DNA from: a virus
Length of the DNA stretch: 64,000 nt
Strand: one strand, 5' to 3'
Virus record (IMG/VR): IMGVR_UViG_3300025314_000001
Coordinates: 32,001 to 96,000 of that record
A program made the translations under genes and the position numbers. Below, piece after piece: positions 18,497 to 28,027 of the stretch (the first letter of the stretch is position 1; every line of letters starts with the position of its first letter). Below the pieces are notes generated by a model. It was not told the origin of the DNA. It did no database searches and was given only the letters and a program-made list of their open reading frames with translations.

Positions 18497-19288
18497 CTAC
18501 TGGCCCAGCAGATTCGCAAACGCGTTACCCACAACCTCTTGCGGGGTGCGCTTTTCACCTGCAGCTGGCGGGAGTCCAGCGCGTTGTCCCGGCTTCTCGC
18601 CGGATCCCGAAGCCCCGACAGGGGGCAGGTACAGTTTCGCCTCTGGCGTCTTGATCCAGGATGAGAGGCCCTGAGTTAACGGGAGTTCTCCCTTCTCGGG
18701 GTCCTTGTAAACGAGCGTTTCTCCGTCTTCGGAGTAACCGATGCGCTTCTTGCCGTCGTAGAGGAACAGCTCCGCCGCTTCGGCGGCCTCTTCCGCGGTG
18801 ATGCCGTTCTTGCCGAGTTCCTTGCGGAGGGCTTGCCGCAGGTTGAGCTCGGTCCGGGCTTTCTTCTCGGCGTCGCGCTGTTGCTCAGCCGACTTGAACT
18901 TCGTGTCGAGCTCGGTGCTATGCTTGGTCAGCAAAGCGATCTGCTTCTTGAGCTCGATGACTTGTGGATCGTCGGGCTTCTCGCCCTGCTTACCCTTGAG
19001 CTCCTTGCCCTTCGTTTCGTCCTCTTCGGCTCGCTGGGTCGGCTGAAGTTCGGACCTCAACTTCGCTTCGAACGCATCGAAGGTCGGCTTCAAGGACTCG
19101 CCCACGGCAGACCCAATTCCTGCAGTGAGCTCCTTCTTGAGCCGCGTACCGAGGCCCGTGATCATCTCGGTTTGCTGAACTTGGAATCCCTCGAATCGCT
19201 TCCCGATGTCGTCGTTCAGCGTCTTGAGGTCATCGGTTCCTAGAACTTCGTGCTCGTTTCCAAACGCATCCTTGATCTTGACGGTCAT
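18497..19288 (-). CDS. Capsid scaffolding protein
   Basis: Charged coiled coil with C-terminal YLPPVGASGSG. Confidence 0.75.
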   Translation of the reverse strand: MTVKIKDAFGNEHEVLGTDDLKTLNDDIGKRFEGFQVQQTEMITGLGTRLKKELTAGIGSAVGESLKPTFDAFEAKLRSELQPTQRAEEDETKGKELKGKQGEKPDDPQVIELKKQIALLTKHSTELDTKFKSAEQQRDAEKKARTELNLRQALRKELGKNGITAEEAAEAAELFLYDGKKRIGYSEDGETLVYKDPEKGELPLTQGLSSWIKTPEAKLYLPPVGASGSGEKPGQRAGLPPAAGEKRTPQEVVGNAFANLLGQ

Positions 19289-19425
19289 GTGCCATTCACC
19301 TTGTCGGTGCCCTGGGATGGAAAACGACGTCCCAGCCGCGTCGCTCGGCTGCTGTTAACCCGTGCTCACTCGTTGCCGCGAACGAGTGCGGGGGTGACTT
19401 TTTGTTGGCCGCCTTACGCCGGGGC

Positions 19426-20076
19426 CTAAACTGGGCGCTCTACGCCAAGGATCGGATTCAGGTACTCCGAGGCTCTGCGTTTCGGTCGCTCACTGACTAC
19501 TGAGGTCAGGTAAATCGAATTCGCGGGCTGTGCGAGCTCGTACTCGATCCAGTCCGGCAACGGCTCGAACAGGCGCTCCTTTTCCACGGAAGCGACAATG
19601 CGCGCTGGGGCCGTTGGAAGGTCACGTAAACGATCCACAATCTGCTTGTACTGTTCTCTCGTGAACCTGGTCAGATGATCGAATGCCACGATGTTGAGCT
19701 CGAGCCCGCAAAGCTCGTTTCCGGTTTCTACGACTTTGCCAATGAACGTGCCCCCATCGGGGAACACGAACATCGGGAAAGGATCACGTCGGAATGAGTA
19801 CTTCACCCACTCGAATGCTTCGGTCGCCTGCCCCACCAGGAACTGTAAGTGGTGCGGATTGGTTGACACGAGCGCCGCGCGGTAGCTGCTGCCGTATCCC
19901 CTTCGCAGCCTGCTCGCCATGACGGACAGAAGCCCCATCGTCTTTCCGGTGGCACGCGGACCGACAATGAAGCTCTGACGGGACTTACTCTCGATGAGCG
20001 CCTGCTGGTGAGGATATGGGTGGAAGTTGAACATGGTTCTTTTGTAGATCTGGCGGCTTGTGCTGACCGGGCTCAC
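19426..20076 (-). CDS. ATPase-domain-only terminase large subunit paralog
   Basis: PYPHQQ, Walker A GPRATGKT, FPDGG, Walker B IVAFDH; no nuclease domain. Confidence 0.7.
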   Translation of the reverse strand: MSPVSTSRQIYKRTMFNFHPYPHQQALIESKSRQSFIVGPRATGKTMGLLSVMASRLRRGYGSSYRAALVSTNPHHLQFLVGQATEAFEWVKYSFRRDPFPMFVFPDGGTFIGKVVETGNELCGLELNIVAFDHLTRFTREQYKQIVDRLRDLPTAPARIVASVEKERLFEPLPDWIEYELAQPANSIYLTSVVSERPKRRASEYLNPILGVERPV

Positions 20077-20103
20077 TCGCGGCCGCGGGCGAGTGGCGGG
20101 GAC

Positions 20104-20970
20104 CTAAGCGCTGAAGAGCGGTCCGCTGCTGGCGCTTCGTCGCCGGTGATACGTCTTGAACTCTGCCTGTCTCTCTTCGCGGAATACCGGAGACTTCAGA
20201 CGCTCATTGCATTCCGGGCAGACTGGCCACGTCGCGACCAGACTCGCATCAGAGACCTTGAAGTTGTGGTCGATGTGGCCAACGAATCGTCCCTCTGTGA
20301 ACAGGTCTACCCCTCCGCAGCAAGGGCATTTTCCGCCTGACGCATAGAGATAGTCCAAGTGCAGCTTCTGGGTCAGCTTGGAAGGGTTCTTACGCTTCGC
20401 GTCGAGGCACCGGAGATTGGACTCTTTGAGTCCGTCTACGTCGGTTCTCAGCCGCGCAAGTTCATGTCCCTGCCGATGTTGCTCGTCCTGAATGGTTGCC
20501 AGAACCGGACCGATCCTTCGCGCAGTAGCTTCCCCAATCATCTCGCATGACTCGGGGGCCAGCCGGACCATGGCCTCTGATGCCTCTTGCCCAAGCTTCC
20601 CCCGTCGCACAGCTTTGAGGGTTCTAGCGAACTCCTGCCGGAGAACCTTTGCCGTGTCCGATCGGACCCGCATAATGACTAGGTAGACTGCCTCTTCTGG
20701 CAGGTAGCATTCGTCGAAGTCGTAGATTCGCTGACCATCGCTTCCTGGATGGCCGGTTCTTTGGCGTCCGGATTCTGGACGCCAAAGAACCCCGCAAATT
20801 TCACTATCTGCCTCCAGTTCTCGGACCGCAGACCGGACCTTTCGTGGCTCTCTTCCGAGCTTCTCGGCTAAGGCCGTGCCAGAGACCCAGTACTCGACGT
20901 CTCCATCCAGTTCACGAGGCAGGAAGGCCCATCCATCACGCAGTACCAGTGCGGAGTTAGGTTCGTTCAT
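20104..20970 (-). CDS. Rha/antirepressor-like DNA-binding protein fused to an HNH-like domain
   Basis: VSGTALAEKLGREPRKV...CYLPEEAVYLVIMR at the N-terminus; CPCC...HIDH...CPECN at the C-terminus. Confidence 0.6.
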   Translation of the reverse strand: MNEPNSALVLRDGWAFLPRELDGDVEYWVSGTALAEKLGREPRKVRSAVRELEADSEICGVLWRPESGRQRTGHPGSDGQRIYDFDECYLPEEAVYLVIMRVRSDTAKVLRQEFARTLKAVRRGKLGQEASEAMVRLAPESCEMIGEATARRIGPVLATIQDEQHRQGHELARLRTDVDGLKESNLRCLDAKRKNPSKLTQKLHLDYLYASGGKCPCCGGVDLFTEGRFVGHIDHNFKVSDASLVATWPVCPECNERLKSPVFREERQAEFKTYHRRRSASSGPLFSA

Positions 20971-21146
20971 TACGCTTCCCAAAAAGCCGGGCGTCCGTCG
21001 CCCGGGGTAGAATCGCCGCTATTCACCGCGTCCGTTGGGGTTCGGGCTCGGCTAGGCCAGCGGCGTGGCCCGTAGTGTTAGCGTCCCAGCCCCTGAGAGA
21101 TCCTCGGCGCCAGAGTTCCTGCGCTTGAAGCGGGAACCGGCCGTGT

Positions 21147-21692
21147 CTACTCAGCAGCGTCGGCGAGCGGCTCCGGACTCGGTGCCCGGCATTCCGGTGA
21201 CAAACCAAACGTGTCGTCTATTTTCGACCCCAAAAACCCGACACGAATCAGCGCAGATTGCTGGTGCTTGGTCAGCTCTGTGAGCTCCACTTGGAGCTTC
21301 CCGACCTTGTCGTCCCACGATCGTTTCTGCGACATCTGGTCCTCTAGCAGGGCCCAGATTTCTGCTAGCTCAGAGAGCTTTTGCCCCCAAGAGTTACGAT
21401 GCTGCTCTAGTTTACCGATAACATCCCCAGCCCACTGGATTCCCGTCTCCAAAGACGTGCAATCTCTCTGTATCGTGTAAGTTCCCCCTGGACGTTGGTT
21501 CAACACCACAGCAACGGTTACTTTGCACTTGTTCGTGTGAATCGACATCATGCTTCGGATGTCGCCGGGGTCATATTTGTCGGAACTCCAGTTCCAATAA
21601 GCGCTTACACCACCGTGGTTCCACGTGCATACCCTCCAGGTTCTACCTTGGTGTGCTTGCTGTTCTTCGTGGATGATGCTGTTCTCGGACAT
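21147..21692 (-). CDS. Hypothetical protein (moron)
   Basis: RBS before ATG 21692; visibly less GC-rich than neighbours. Confidence 0.5.
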   Translation of the reverse strand: MSENSIIHEEQQAHQGRTWRVCTWNHGGVSAYWNWSSDKYDPGDIRSMMSIHTNKCKVTVAVVLNQRPGGTYTIQRDCTSLETGIQWAGDVIGKLEQHRNSWGQKLSELAEIWALLEDQMSQKRSWDDKVGKLQVELTELTKHQQSALIRVGFLGSKIDDTFGLSPECRAPSPEPLADAAE

Positions 21693-21730
21693 AGACTTCT
21701 CCTGTTTACCCGTCGCCAAACGGGCATGAA

Positions 21731-22972
21731 TCACTCTCGTTTTCCCCGCGGACCCGGAGGAGGGTAGAGCCTCGGGCGGGTCGCTCCCGCGCTCGACCGG
21801 AAACGGCTGCCCCTGCCGGCGGGCTTCTGCATGTCGTTCAGCCGCTTCAGAAGCGCTTCCGGGCTGCTCTGCCGCACGCCGGGGCGAATACCCTGTGGCC
21901 CTTGCGTAACGGCCCTGATGTAACGGAGGGCGCTTCGGTCCTGGATCTGGAAGACGTTGACAGGGTTGGTCGCCGCCAGCGCGTTGCGCGCTTCCGGTGT
22001 CATCCTTCCCCGTGGAGAGCGCGCCCCAATGAGTTCTCGGAGCTCAGCCTTGATCTCGCCGTAGTCGACCTGGAGCCCCGGGAGCCGGCGCCGCATCGCC
22101 TCGGGGATGACCATGCTCACGACGGCGCACCGGCAGCGGTTGTGCAGTGGTACTTGGGCGTCTTCGTCGAATGGCTTGTCAAACGGGACCATCTGGGCAT
22201 CGAGTCTCCAGCAGACCGCGCAGGTCCGACCGTCCAGGAACGCCGACCAGACCTTGAAGGTCATGGCGGTCCAGCCCCATGGGAGGCCGATGTCCGAGTC
22301 GGTGACCTCGTCGACCCGGGGTCGTGTTCGTCGGGCTGCCTCGTCCCGGAGCCGAGATATCTCGCCCCAGGCGCTTCGGTGCTCGTGGCCGTAGGCCTCG
22401 AAGGCCTGGTAGCTCGCGTGCCCCACGAGCTTGTCGGAGAGCGTTCCGCCGGCGCGCTTCAGCGCTTCCTCGAGTCGCCCCCCGTCGCGCCCCCAAAGCG
22501 AGGTCCCGAGCATCATTGCGCTCGCCCACTGCGACACCGCGGAGCCGGTGGCGATCGTTGCGGCGAGCTCGTCGACCTGTACCGCCTCCCAGACCTTGGG
22601 GGCCGCTGGGATCGTCCAGCCGAATCCCTTGGCCTTCCCGTAGGCCCCGACGATGGCCAGCTCGGACGCTACCTGACCCTGGGCGAGGTCGCGGGCCGCC
22701 ATCCGGCCCCGGGTCGTAGCCTCCCAGAACTGGTCTTCGAGCTGCCCGGTCTCCTGGTGGATGGCCTGGCGAAGGAACCGCTGGGACTCGTCGGCGTCTC
22801 GCGTCTTGGCCCGGCGCCGGTTCGCCTCGATGAGCCTCCCCGTCGCTGCCTGCGTCGCCTCGGTCATCATGCCGAGGCTGACCGCCTCAGCGGCGACGAC
22901 CCGTTGAATTGCGTCCCGGTGCTGAGCCAGCAGACGCTTTCGGGTTTCCTCGCTCAGTACCTTCGGCGGCAT
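21731..22972 (-). CDS. Head morphogenesis protein (SPP1 gp7 / Mu gpF-like)
   Basis: KVWSAFLDGRTCAVCWRLD...PLHNRCRC. Confidence 0.85.
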   Translation of the reverse strand: MPPKVLSEETRKRLLAQHRDAIQRVVAAEAVSLGMMTEATQAATGRLIEANRRRAKTRDADESQRFLRQAIHQETGQLEDQFWEATTRGRMAARDLAQGQVASELAIVGAYGKAKGFGWTIPAAPKVWEAVQVDELAATIATGSAVSQWASAMMLGTSLWGRDGGRLEEALKRAGGTLSDKLVGHASYQAFEAYGHEHRSAWGEISRLRDEAARRTRPRVDEVTDSDIGLPWGWTAMTFKVWSAFLDGRTCAVCWRLDAQMVPFDKPFDEDAQVPLHNRCRCAVVSMVIPEAMRRRLPGLQVDYGEIKAELRELIGARSPRGRMTPEARNALAATNPVNVFQIQDRSALRYIRAVTQGPQGIRPGVRQSSPEALLKRLNDMQKPAGRGSRFRSSAGATRPRLYPPPGPRGKRE

Positions 22973-24596
22973 TTCGCGGCTTTTCCTCTTCGAGCTCTTC
23001 GTTGCCCTCTTCCGTCCCCTCTTCTCCCGCTCGGAGCGCAGCCTCACGAAGCGCGTCGGTCATGGCCTGGTTCTCGTCGATCCCTTCGTCGATTTCCTTC
23101 TGAATCTGCACCCGCGTCTCGGGCGAGCAGTGCGGGACCAGGGACAGTGCCAGACTGGTCTTGTACTCTTTTTGGAATGTGCTCGACGGGATCGGAATCG
23201 TCTCCACCGTCAGTGCTTCATCGACCAATTCTCCGCGCTCGTTTAGCCGGAACTTCGAGCACCCGTACACGGCCCAGACGACTGCTTCTCTGCGCGCATC
23301 ACTGAGACAGCTGTAGACCTCTTTGGTGGCACGGCGAACGAACTTCCCGAGCGCACCCAAGACCTTCTCGGCTGACGACGAATCCTCTTTTTTGCTCTCC
23401 CCGGAGCGTCCGACCGTGGACGCCGTGTTGGGCAGCGATAGCGCCATCGCCGTTACGGTCAGGTAGATCTCTTCCTTGAGACTTTGGAGGCTCTTGTCGG
23501 CAATACTGAAGGCGTTCCCGCTCGGACTGGCATAGCCGATCTCATCCTTGTCCCCGATGGGTACGATGCCTTTCTCAAGTAAGGCCTGTAGGGTCTTTTC
23601 TCCGCGCTTCTCGTCCTCTCCGGTGGCACTCGGAAGTGCTTCTCCGACTCCTCGGACTTCCGAACCCTGTCGATACCACGGGATTTCGATCAGATTCCTG
23701 CCTATCGCACCGAAGAGATCGGAGCGCCGCTGGAAGTGCTCTTCGGCTAACGCTCCGATCTTATTGCCCGCCCAAAGCCCATCCGGTAGCTCAAGCACTA
23801 CGATCGGAATGCGATTAAACGAGGTCGTTCCCTCACCCACCTGGAACATGATCTCGTTGTCGCCGATGGGATCTCCGATCTTGTGGAGTTTTGACTCGAG
23901 CACCACGAACTTGGCAACCCCGCCCTCCATGTACCAGCACTTGAATCGGCACTTGTACTCGGTGCGCTCGTTCCAAGGGTCAAGGCGCTCGATGAGTTTG
24001 CGCATCGTGATGGCCCATAGCCACTTGCCATCATCTCCGATTCGCCAATCCAAGAGCTCTTGCTGGTCCAGTCCCTCGTCCCAGCAATACCCGCGCCCCG
24101 CCCCCGTCTTCTCTTCTTGGGCCCGGTTCGTGATCTCTGCGCCAACAGGGGGGAAGTCGAGATAGATGACGCCACGCTTGAAGAGCAGCGCCTGCGTCAC
24201 GATGCGGCGCATCACTTCTGCGAAAGGGCTTCCGGCTCGGTCCGCGTCGTTTGCGAAGTCTGGCCAGAATGCCTTGTCCGGTAGCTCCCCCGGAGTGTTC
24301 GGGTCTTTGGCGTCCCCCGCTGCGGTTACCGAAAGCTCTTCCTCGAAAAGCGCCGCGACCAAGTAGTCGACGACCTGGCCAAAGTAGTTGATGTACGAGA
24401 CGCGCTGAATCCGGTACTCGTAAGTCTGCTGCGTCTCGTTGATCGCTTTCTCGATGAATTTTCGCGCCTGCTCCTTGAGCTCATACCCGCCCTTGTAGAG
24501 CAAGCGGATGCGCTGCCAGATCTCCGGCTTGTTCTCCGGATTCTGCTGCGACAGCTTCTTGAAGCCGACGCTGGAAACAGACTCGGCGAAGGCCAT
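22887..24596 (-). CDS. Portal protein
   Basis: LLYKGG, YEYRIQRVSYINY, DADRAG, SGESKKED; position after TerL. Confidence 0.85.
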   Translation of the reverse strand: MAFAESVSSVGFKKLSQQNPENKPEIWQRIRLLYKGGYELKEQARKFIEKAINETQQTYEYRIQRVSYINYFGQVVDYLVAALFEEELSVTAAGDAKDPNTPGELPDKAFWPDFANDADRAGSPFAEVMRRIVTQALLFKRGVIYLDFPPVGAEITNRAQEEKTGAGRGYCWDEGLDQQELLDWRIGDDGKWLWAITMRKLIERLDPWNERTEYKCRFKCWYMEGGVAKFVVLESKLHKIGDPIGDNEIMFQVGEGTTSFNRIPIVVLELPDGLWAGNKIGALAEEHFQRRSDLFGAIGRNLIEIPWYRQGSEVRGVGEALPSATGEDEKRGEKTLQALLEKGIVPIGDKDEIGYASPSGNAFSIADKSLQSLKEEIYLTVTAMALSLPNTASTVGRSGESKKEDSSSAEKVLGALGKFVRRATKEVYSCLSDARREAVVWAVYGCSKFRLNERGELVDEALTVETIPIPSSTFQKEYKTSLALSLVPHCSPETRVQIQKEIDEGIDENQAMTDALREAALRAGEEGTEEGNEELEEEKPRNAAEGTERGNPKASAGSAPGRNSTGRRR

Positions 24597-24599
24597 CGA

Positions 24600-25232
24600 T
24601 TACCACTGCACGCCGAGGCCAGTCGGGGCTCCGGTGGCGGTTCCGTTCGTCACCCCCACCGAAAGGCCCAGGGTCGTCCCGACGCCCGCAGCGCTGAACG
24701 CAACGACCTCCACCGCTGCGGCCGTCCCGTGGGCGCGCCCGGTCAGAACGTACTCGTCGATCACCACGGCTACGAAGGCGTGGGTTGTGGCCTTGCCCTC
24801 TAGTACCAAGACAGCAGCCTGAACCGCCGCGTTGATCCGAGCGGCGACCAGCGCCTGCGTATCGTCCGTCGCTAAGAACGTGACCACAACGTCCCCGGTG
24901 TCGTAGATCGTTCCTTCGTCGAAACGAAGCGTGACCGTTTCGCCGCCGGCAAAGGTCGGCGTCGTGTCTGCGCTGCTACTCGTGACCGTGGCTGCCGTCC
25001 CGGTCCCAACGGTCTTCCACGGCCCCATGATTCCGTTGGTGTAGCCCGCTCCCAGCGGGATCGCCTTCGTACCCCGACTATCCGTCAGGTAGATCGTCGC
25101 CTCTGAGTTCGCCCATACCAACGCCGCCGGCTTGCCGCCTCCGCCCTCGGCGACCAAGTCGAGGTCGCTGGCAAGCGACGTGTAGTACTCGGTAACGATC
25201 GGCGAAAGGGCCGCCAGAAGCTTGTTGCTCAT
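24600..25232 (-). CDS. Putative virion structural protein
   Basis: Ala/Thr/Gly-rich beta protein between TerL and portal; VAARINAA motif. Confidence 0.5.
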   Translation of the reverse strand: MSNKLLAALSPIVTEYYTSLASDLDLVAEGGGGKPAALVWANSEATIYLTDSRGTKAIPLGAGYTNGIMGPWKTVGTGTAATVTSSSADTTPTFAGGETVTLRFDEGTIYDTGDVVVTFLATDDTQALVAARINAAVQAAVLVLEGKATTHAFVAVVIDEYVLTGRAHGTAAAVEVVAFSAAGVGTTLGLSVGVTNGTATGAPTGLGVQW

Positions 25233-25236
25233 CGGT

Positions 25237-26874
25237 TCAACTCATGGTCGGCAGAAACCTAGACCGCATCGCCCGGTCACGTTCCGCCTGTTGGGTGTTG
25301 CAGAGTTCGTCGTGCAGGGCCGCCAACGCATCCACGATATCGTCGTGGTCGTCTTTCTTGGGGTCCCCGGTGAACGACAGGACCTCGTTCAGGAAGACGT
25401 CGACCCATTCGCCGTAGAGCTCAGAGTCTTCTCCGGGCACGAATATGTGTCCCCGTTTCCCTTCGATGGGTTTTCCTTCGTCGTCGGTCGGAACGTTCCA
25501 AGTGGATGAGACCGGGGTTGCGCGGACAAGCTTGTCGGCCGTCGCGCGCAGGGCTCTCAGATAGGTTCGGTTGTTGGCGTCACAGAGGTGCTTTGCGATG
25601 AACTGCGCAGTGCCCTTCTCTCCTCCGCCACCGATGTACCATCGGATGATTCCCCGGCGTTCAGTCAGCTTCGCCTTCATCGTCAGGACGAACGACGTTG
25701 CCTCGACCTGCTTTCGCTCCATCCCGACAACGTAGATGTCACTTCCGAAGATGTAGCCGCGGAGCAGCACCGACCAGTCGGATTTGGTGCCCACCGTGTA
25801 GGCGAGGTCGGCGCCGTAGGCGATCGCGTACCCGCCTTCGCTCGGGAGCCTGGTGAAGCGCTGAACTCCATTAAAGAGCGCTCCCTCGACGGTCTTGACG
25901 AGCCAGTTACCGTCGCGGAGCTGAAGGCGCCTGACGCGGTCTGGAATCGACGCAACGCGCGCCCCGTACTTCGGGTCTGCCCTCGGGTTGTCCGCGAGCA
26001 TTGCCGGAATGAAGGTCCGCGAAAGTGACTTCGGTGTGCCGTCTGGGTTCAGGACCCGTTCTCGGCAGTAGACCTCGTTCCCTGCATCATCGAGGTAGAC
26101 GTGCCAGATTTCTCCGGGCTTGGCCGGAGGAAGCTGTCCAGCCTCGTCTTTGCGCTCTGTCAGTCCCTGCGCTTTGAAGTTCGGGTTGAGCCACGCCCCC
26201 CAGCGTCGGAAGACCCACTCGTGCCCGTTGCCGCCGGGGTTGGTGGTAGCCCGCACGTAGACCGGGAGTCCAGGACGACTTGATCGGTTTCGTCCAATGA
26301 GGAAGGTGTACTGCTGCTCGGTGAAGTGAGTGAGCTCATCGAAGATCAGAAGGTTGATTTCCCAACCGTCGTAGTTCTTCCAGTCGTCCTCGTTGTTGCA
26401 GTGGCTGAGACTGACCTCGGCACCGCTCGGAAACGTCCACCGATAGTGAGGGCTCTGGACCTTCGTCGCACCGGGGCACACCGCCGGGTATAAATCCCAG
26501 CTCTTGTGAATGAGGTCGTCGAGATCTTTGCTTTGGCGACGCAGGATGAGAGTCCGCATCCCCGGCAGGTGACCCCACTTGAGCGGGAACGCGACGGATG
26601 CGGCGGATTTGCCACCCCCAGCGGCCCCGCCATACAGTACCTCATCGCAATCGATGTCCCAGAAAAGCTCCTGAGGGCTTTTCCCGTTGTCGTAGGTGGG
26701 CCTGCCTTCGACGGGCGGATTCGGATTCCAGACTGCGGAGACGTCAAGCGGAACCGGGTCCGACTCTTCGTCCTCAACCGCCCGCAGTCTCGCCAGCCTC
26801 GCGCCGGCGATCGAGCTCCATGAGGTCTTCGAGGATCCCCTGGAGAATCTTTCTTGCAAGAACCCCTTTGACAT
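25237..26874 (-). CDS. terL: Terminase large subunit
   Basis: YGGAAGGGKS, LLIFDELTHF, ATTNPGGNGHEWV, GADLA, HDDIVDAL. Confidence 0.95.
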   Translation of the reverse strand: MSKGFLQERFSRGSSKTSWSSIAGARLARLRAVEDEESDPVPLDVSAVWNPNPPVEGRPTYDNGKSPQELFWDIDCDEVLYGGAAGGGKSAASVAFPLKWGHLPGMRTLILRRQSKDLDDLIHKSWDLYPAVCPGATKVQSPHYRWTFPSGAEVSLSHCNNEDDWKNYDGWEINLLIFDELTHFTEQQYTFLIGRNRSSRPGLPVYVRATTNPGGNGHEWVFRRWGAWLNPNFKAQGLTERKDEAGQLPPAKPGEIWHVYLDDAGNEVYCRERVLNPDGTPKSLSRTFIPAMLADNPRADPKYGARVASIPDRVRRLQLRDGNWLVKTVEGALFNGVQRFTRLPSEGGYAIAYGADLAYTVGTKSDWSVLLRGYIFGSDIYVVGMERKQVEATSFVLTMKAKLTERRGIIRWYIGGGGEKGTAQFIAKHLCDANNRTYLRALRATADKLVRATPVSSTWNVPTDDEGKPIEGKRGHIFVPGEDSELYGEWVDVFLNEVLSFTGDPKKDDHDDIVDALAALHDELCNTQQAERDRAMRSRFLPTMS

Positions 26875-27304
26875 GCTGGTTCAGGTGCTTTTCGACGATG
26901 TCGAGAAACTCCTCTTTCGCTTGCTTGACCTCGACATTGACCTTCTGCCCGTACTTGCCGGGCCTGGTCCGCTCAAGCAGGAAGGCCAGCGCCGTCCATT
27001 GCCCATTACGAATAAGATGTTCGTTGCCGTTGGCGTCGGTGGTGAATGCGTCTTGACCCGCTTTTTGGATGGCTTCGAGCGCCGTCTGCTCGAACATTGC
27101 CTGAGCCTGGTTGACCTTCGTGGCGAAGTCCGTGTAGGCGTTCGTTCTGCCTTCACTCAACGCCTTGTCTCCCCAGCGCTTCCACTCGTAGATAAGCTGG
27201 CGAGACAGCCCGCATCGCTCAGCTGCTGTGGATAGCGGCATCCCCTTGTTGGCGCAGACGCAAATCTTGTTCGTGGTCTCTGTGTCGGGTTTCTGTGCTG
27301 CCAT
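26774..27304 (-). CDS. terS: Terminase small subunit
   Basis: HTH (AAERCGLSRQLIYEW), WTALAFLLERTRPGKYG; directly upstream of TerL. Confidence 0.85.
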   Translation of the reverse strand: MAAQKPDTETTNKICVCANKGMPLSTAAERCGLSRQLIYEWKRWGDKALSEGRTNAYTDFATKVNQAQAMFEQTALEAIQKAGQDAFTTDANGNEHLIRNGQWTALAFLLERTRPGKYGQKVNVEVKQAKEEFLDIVEKHLNQHVKGVLARKILQGILEDLMELDRRREAGETAGG

Positions 27305-27307
27305 GGA

Positions 27308-28027
27308 CTATTCCGCGGCGGTCGACTCGGGCTCTCCGGCTTTGCGCATTCGGAAGATCTCACGGAGCTTGTCACCGGACTGGAAGCGGTTCGCCTCGAG
27401 TCCAAGCTCTTCCAGAAAGGCCGCCGCGTCTTCTGGCGACTTGAACACCGAGACGAAGTAGAAGTCCGTGGTGTTGTAACGAGCCCCAGCCTCGGCCGTC
27501 TTCGCAACAACCTCACGCGCTGCCCGTAGCCGGTCGGCCATTTCCTCAAGCTTTTGTGCCTCGGCGTTGTCGACCTGGTCTCCGAGCATCCGCATGACGT
27601 CGGCATCGTCGAATCCGGTAGCCTCCAGGTCGAGCCCCGGCAGCATCTCGTTGAGCTTCTCTGGATCCCAATCGCCCTGAGCGGACCAGTTGTTCAGGAG
27701 CAGGTTCGCTTCCTTCTCCTGCTTTTCGTCAAGGTCGACTACCGCAACAGTCAGCAGATAGTCTGGCTTCGTCTCCATCTGGTCTAGAATCGAGAGCCGC
27801 TGGTGCCCGCCAACGAGGTTCCCTGTGCGCTTGTTCCACTGCACGGGCCCCAATAGTTTCAGCTTCTTGATCCCGTTGCGAAGCTTCTTTCGTGCCGCAT
27901 CGCTGATGCGGCGCGGGTTGTAAGGCGCATTCTTGAGCTCACTCCGTCGCCTTACCTCACAGACGAATCCTTCGAATTGCGTCAGCGTGAGCTCTTCGAG
28001 TGAACTAGCCGAGTCCATAGAACTCAC
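27308..28027 (-). CDS. ParB/Srx N-terminal domain protein
   Basis: APYNPRRIS, WNKRTGNLVGGHQR, GDWD. Confidence 0.85.
   Translation of the reverse strand: MSSMDSASSLEELTLTQFEGFVCEVRRRSELKNAPYNPRRISDAARKKLRNGIKKLKLLGPVQWNKRTGNLVGGHQRLSILDQMETKPDYLLTVAVVDLDEKQEKEANLLLNNWSAQGDWDPEKLNEMLPGLDLEATGFDDADVMRMLGDQVDNAEAQKLEEMADRLRAAREVVAKTAEAGARYNTTDFYFVSVFKSPEDAAAFLEELGLEANRFQSGDKLREIFRMRKAGEPESTAAE

Noticed and set aside
21902-23305. Long plus-strand ORFs (also 3361-4425 and similar) and long N-terminal extensions such as 38542-39141
   Set aside because: Shadow ORFs of GC-rich coding sequence, overlapping well-supported genes
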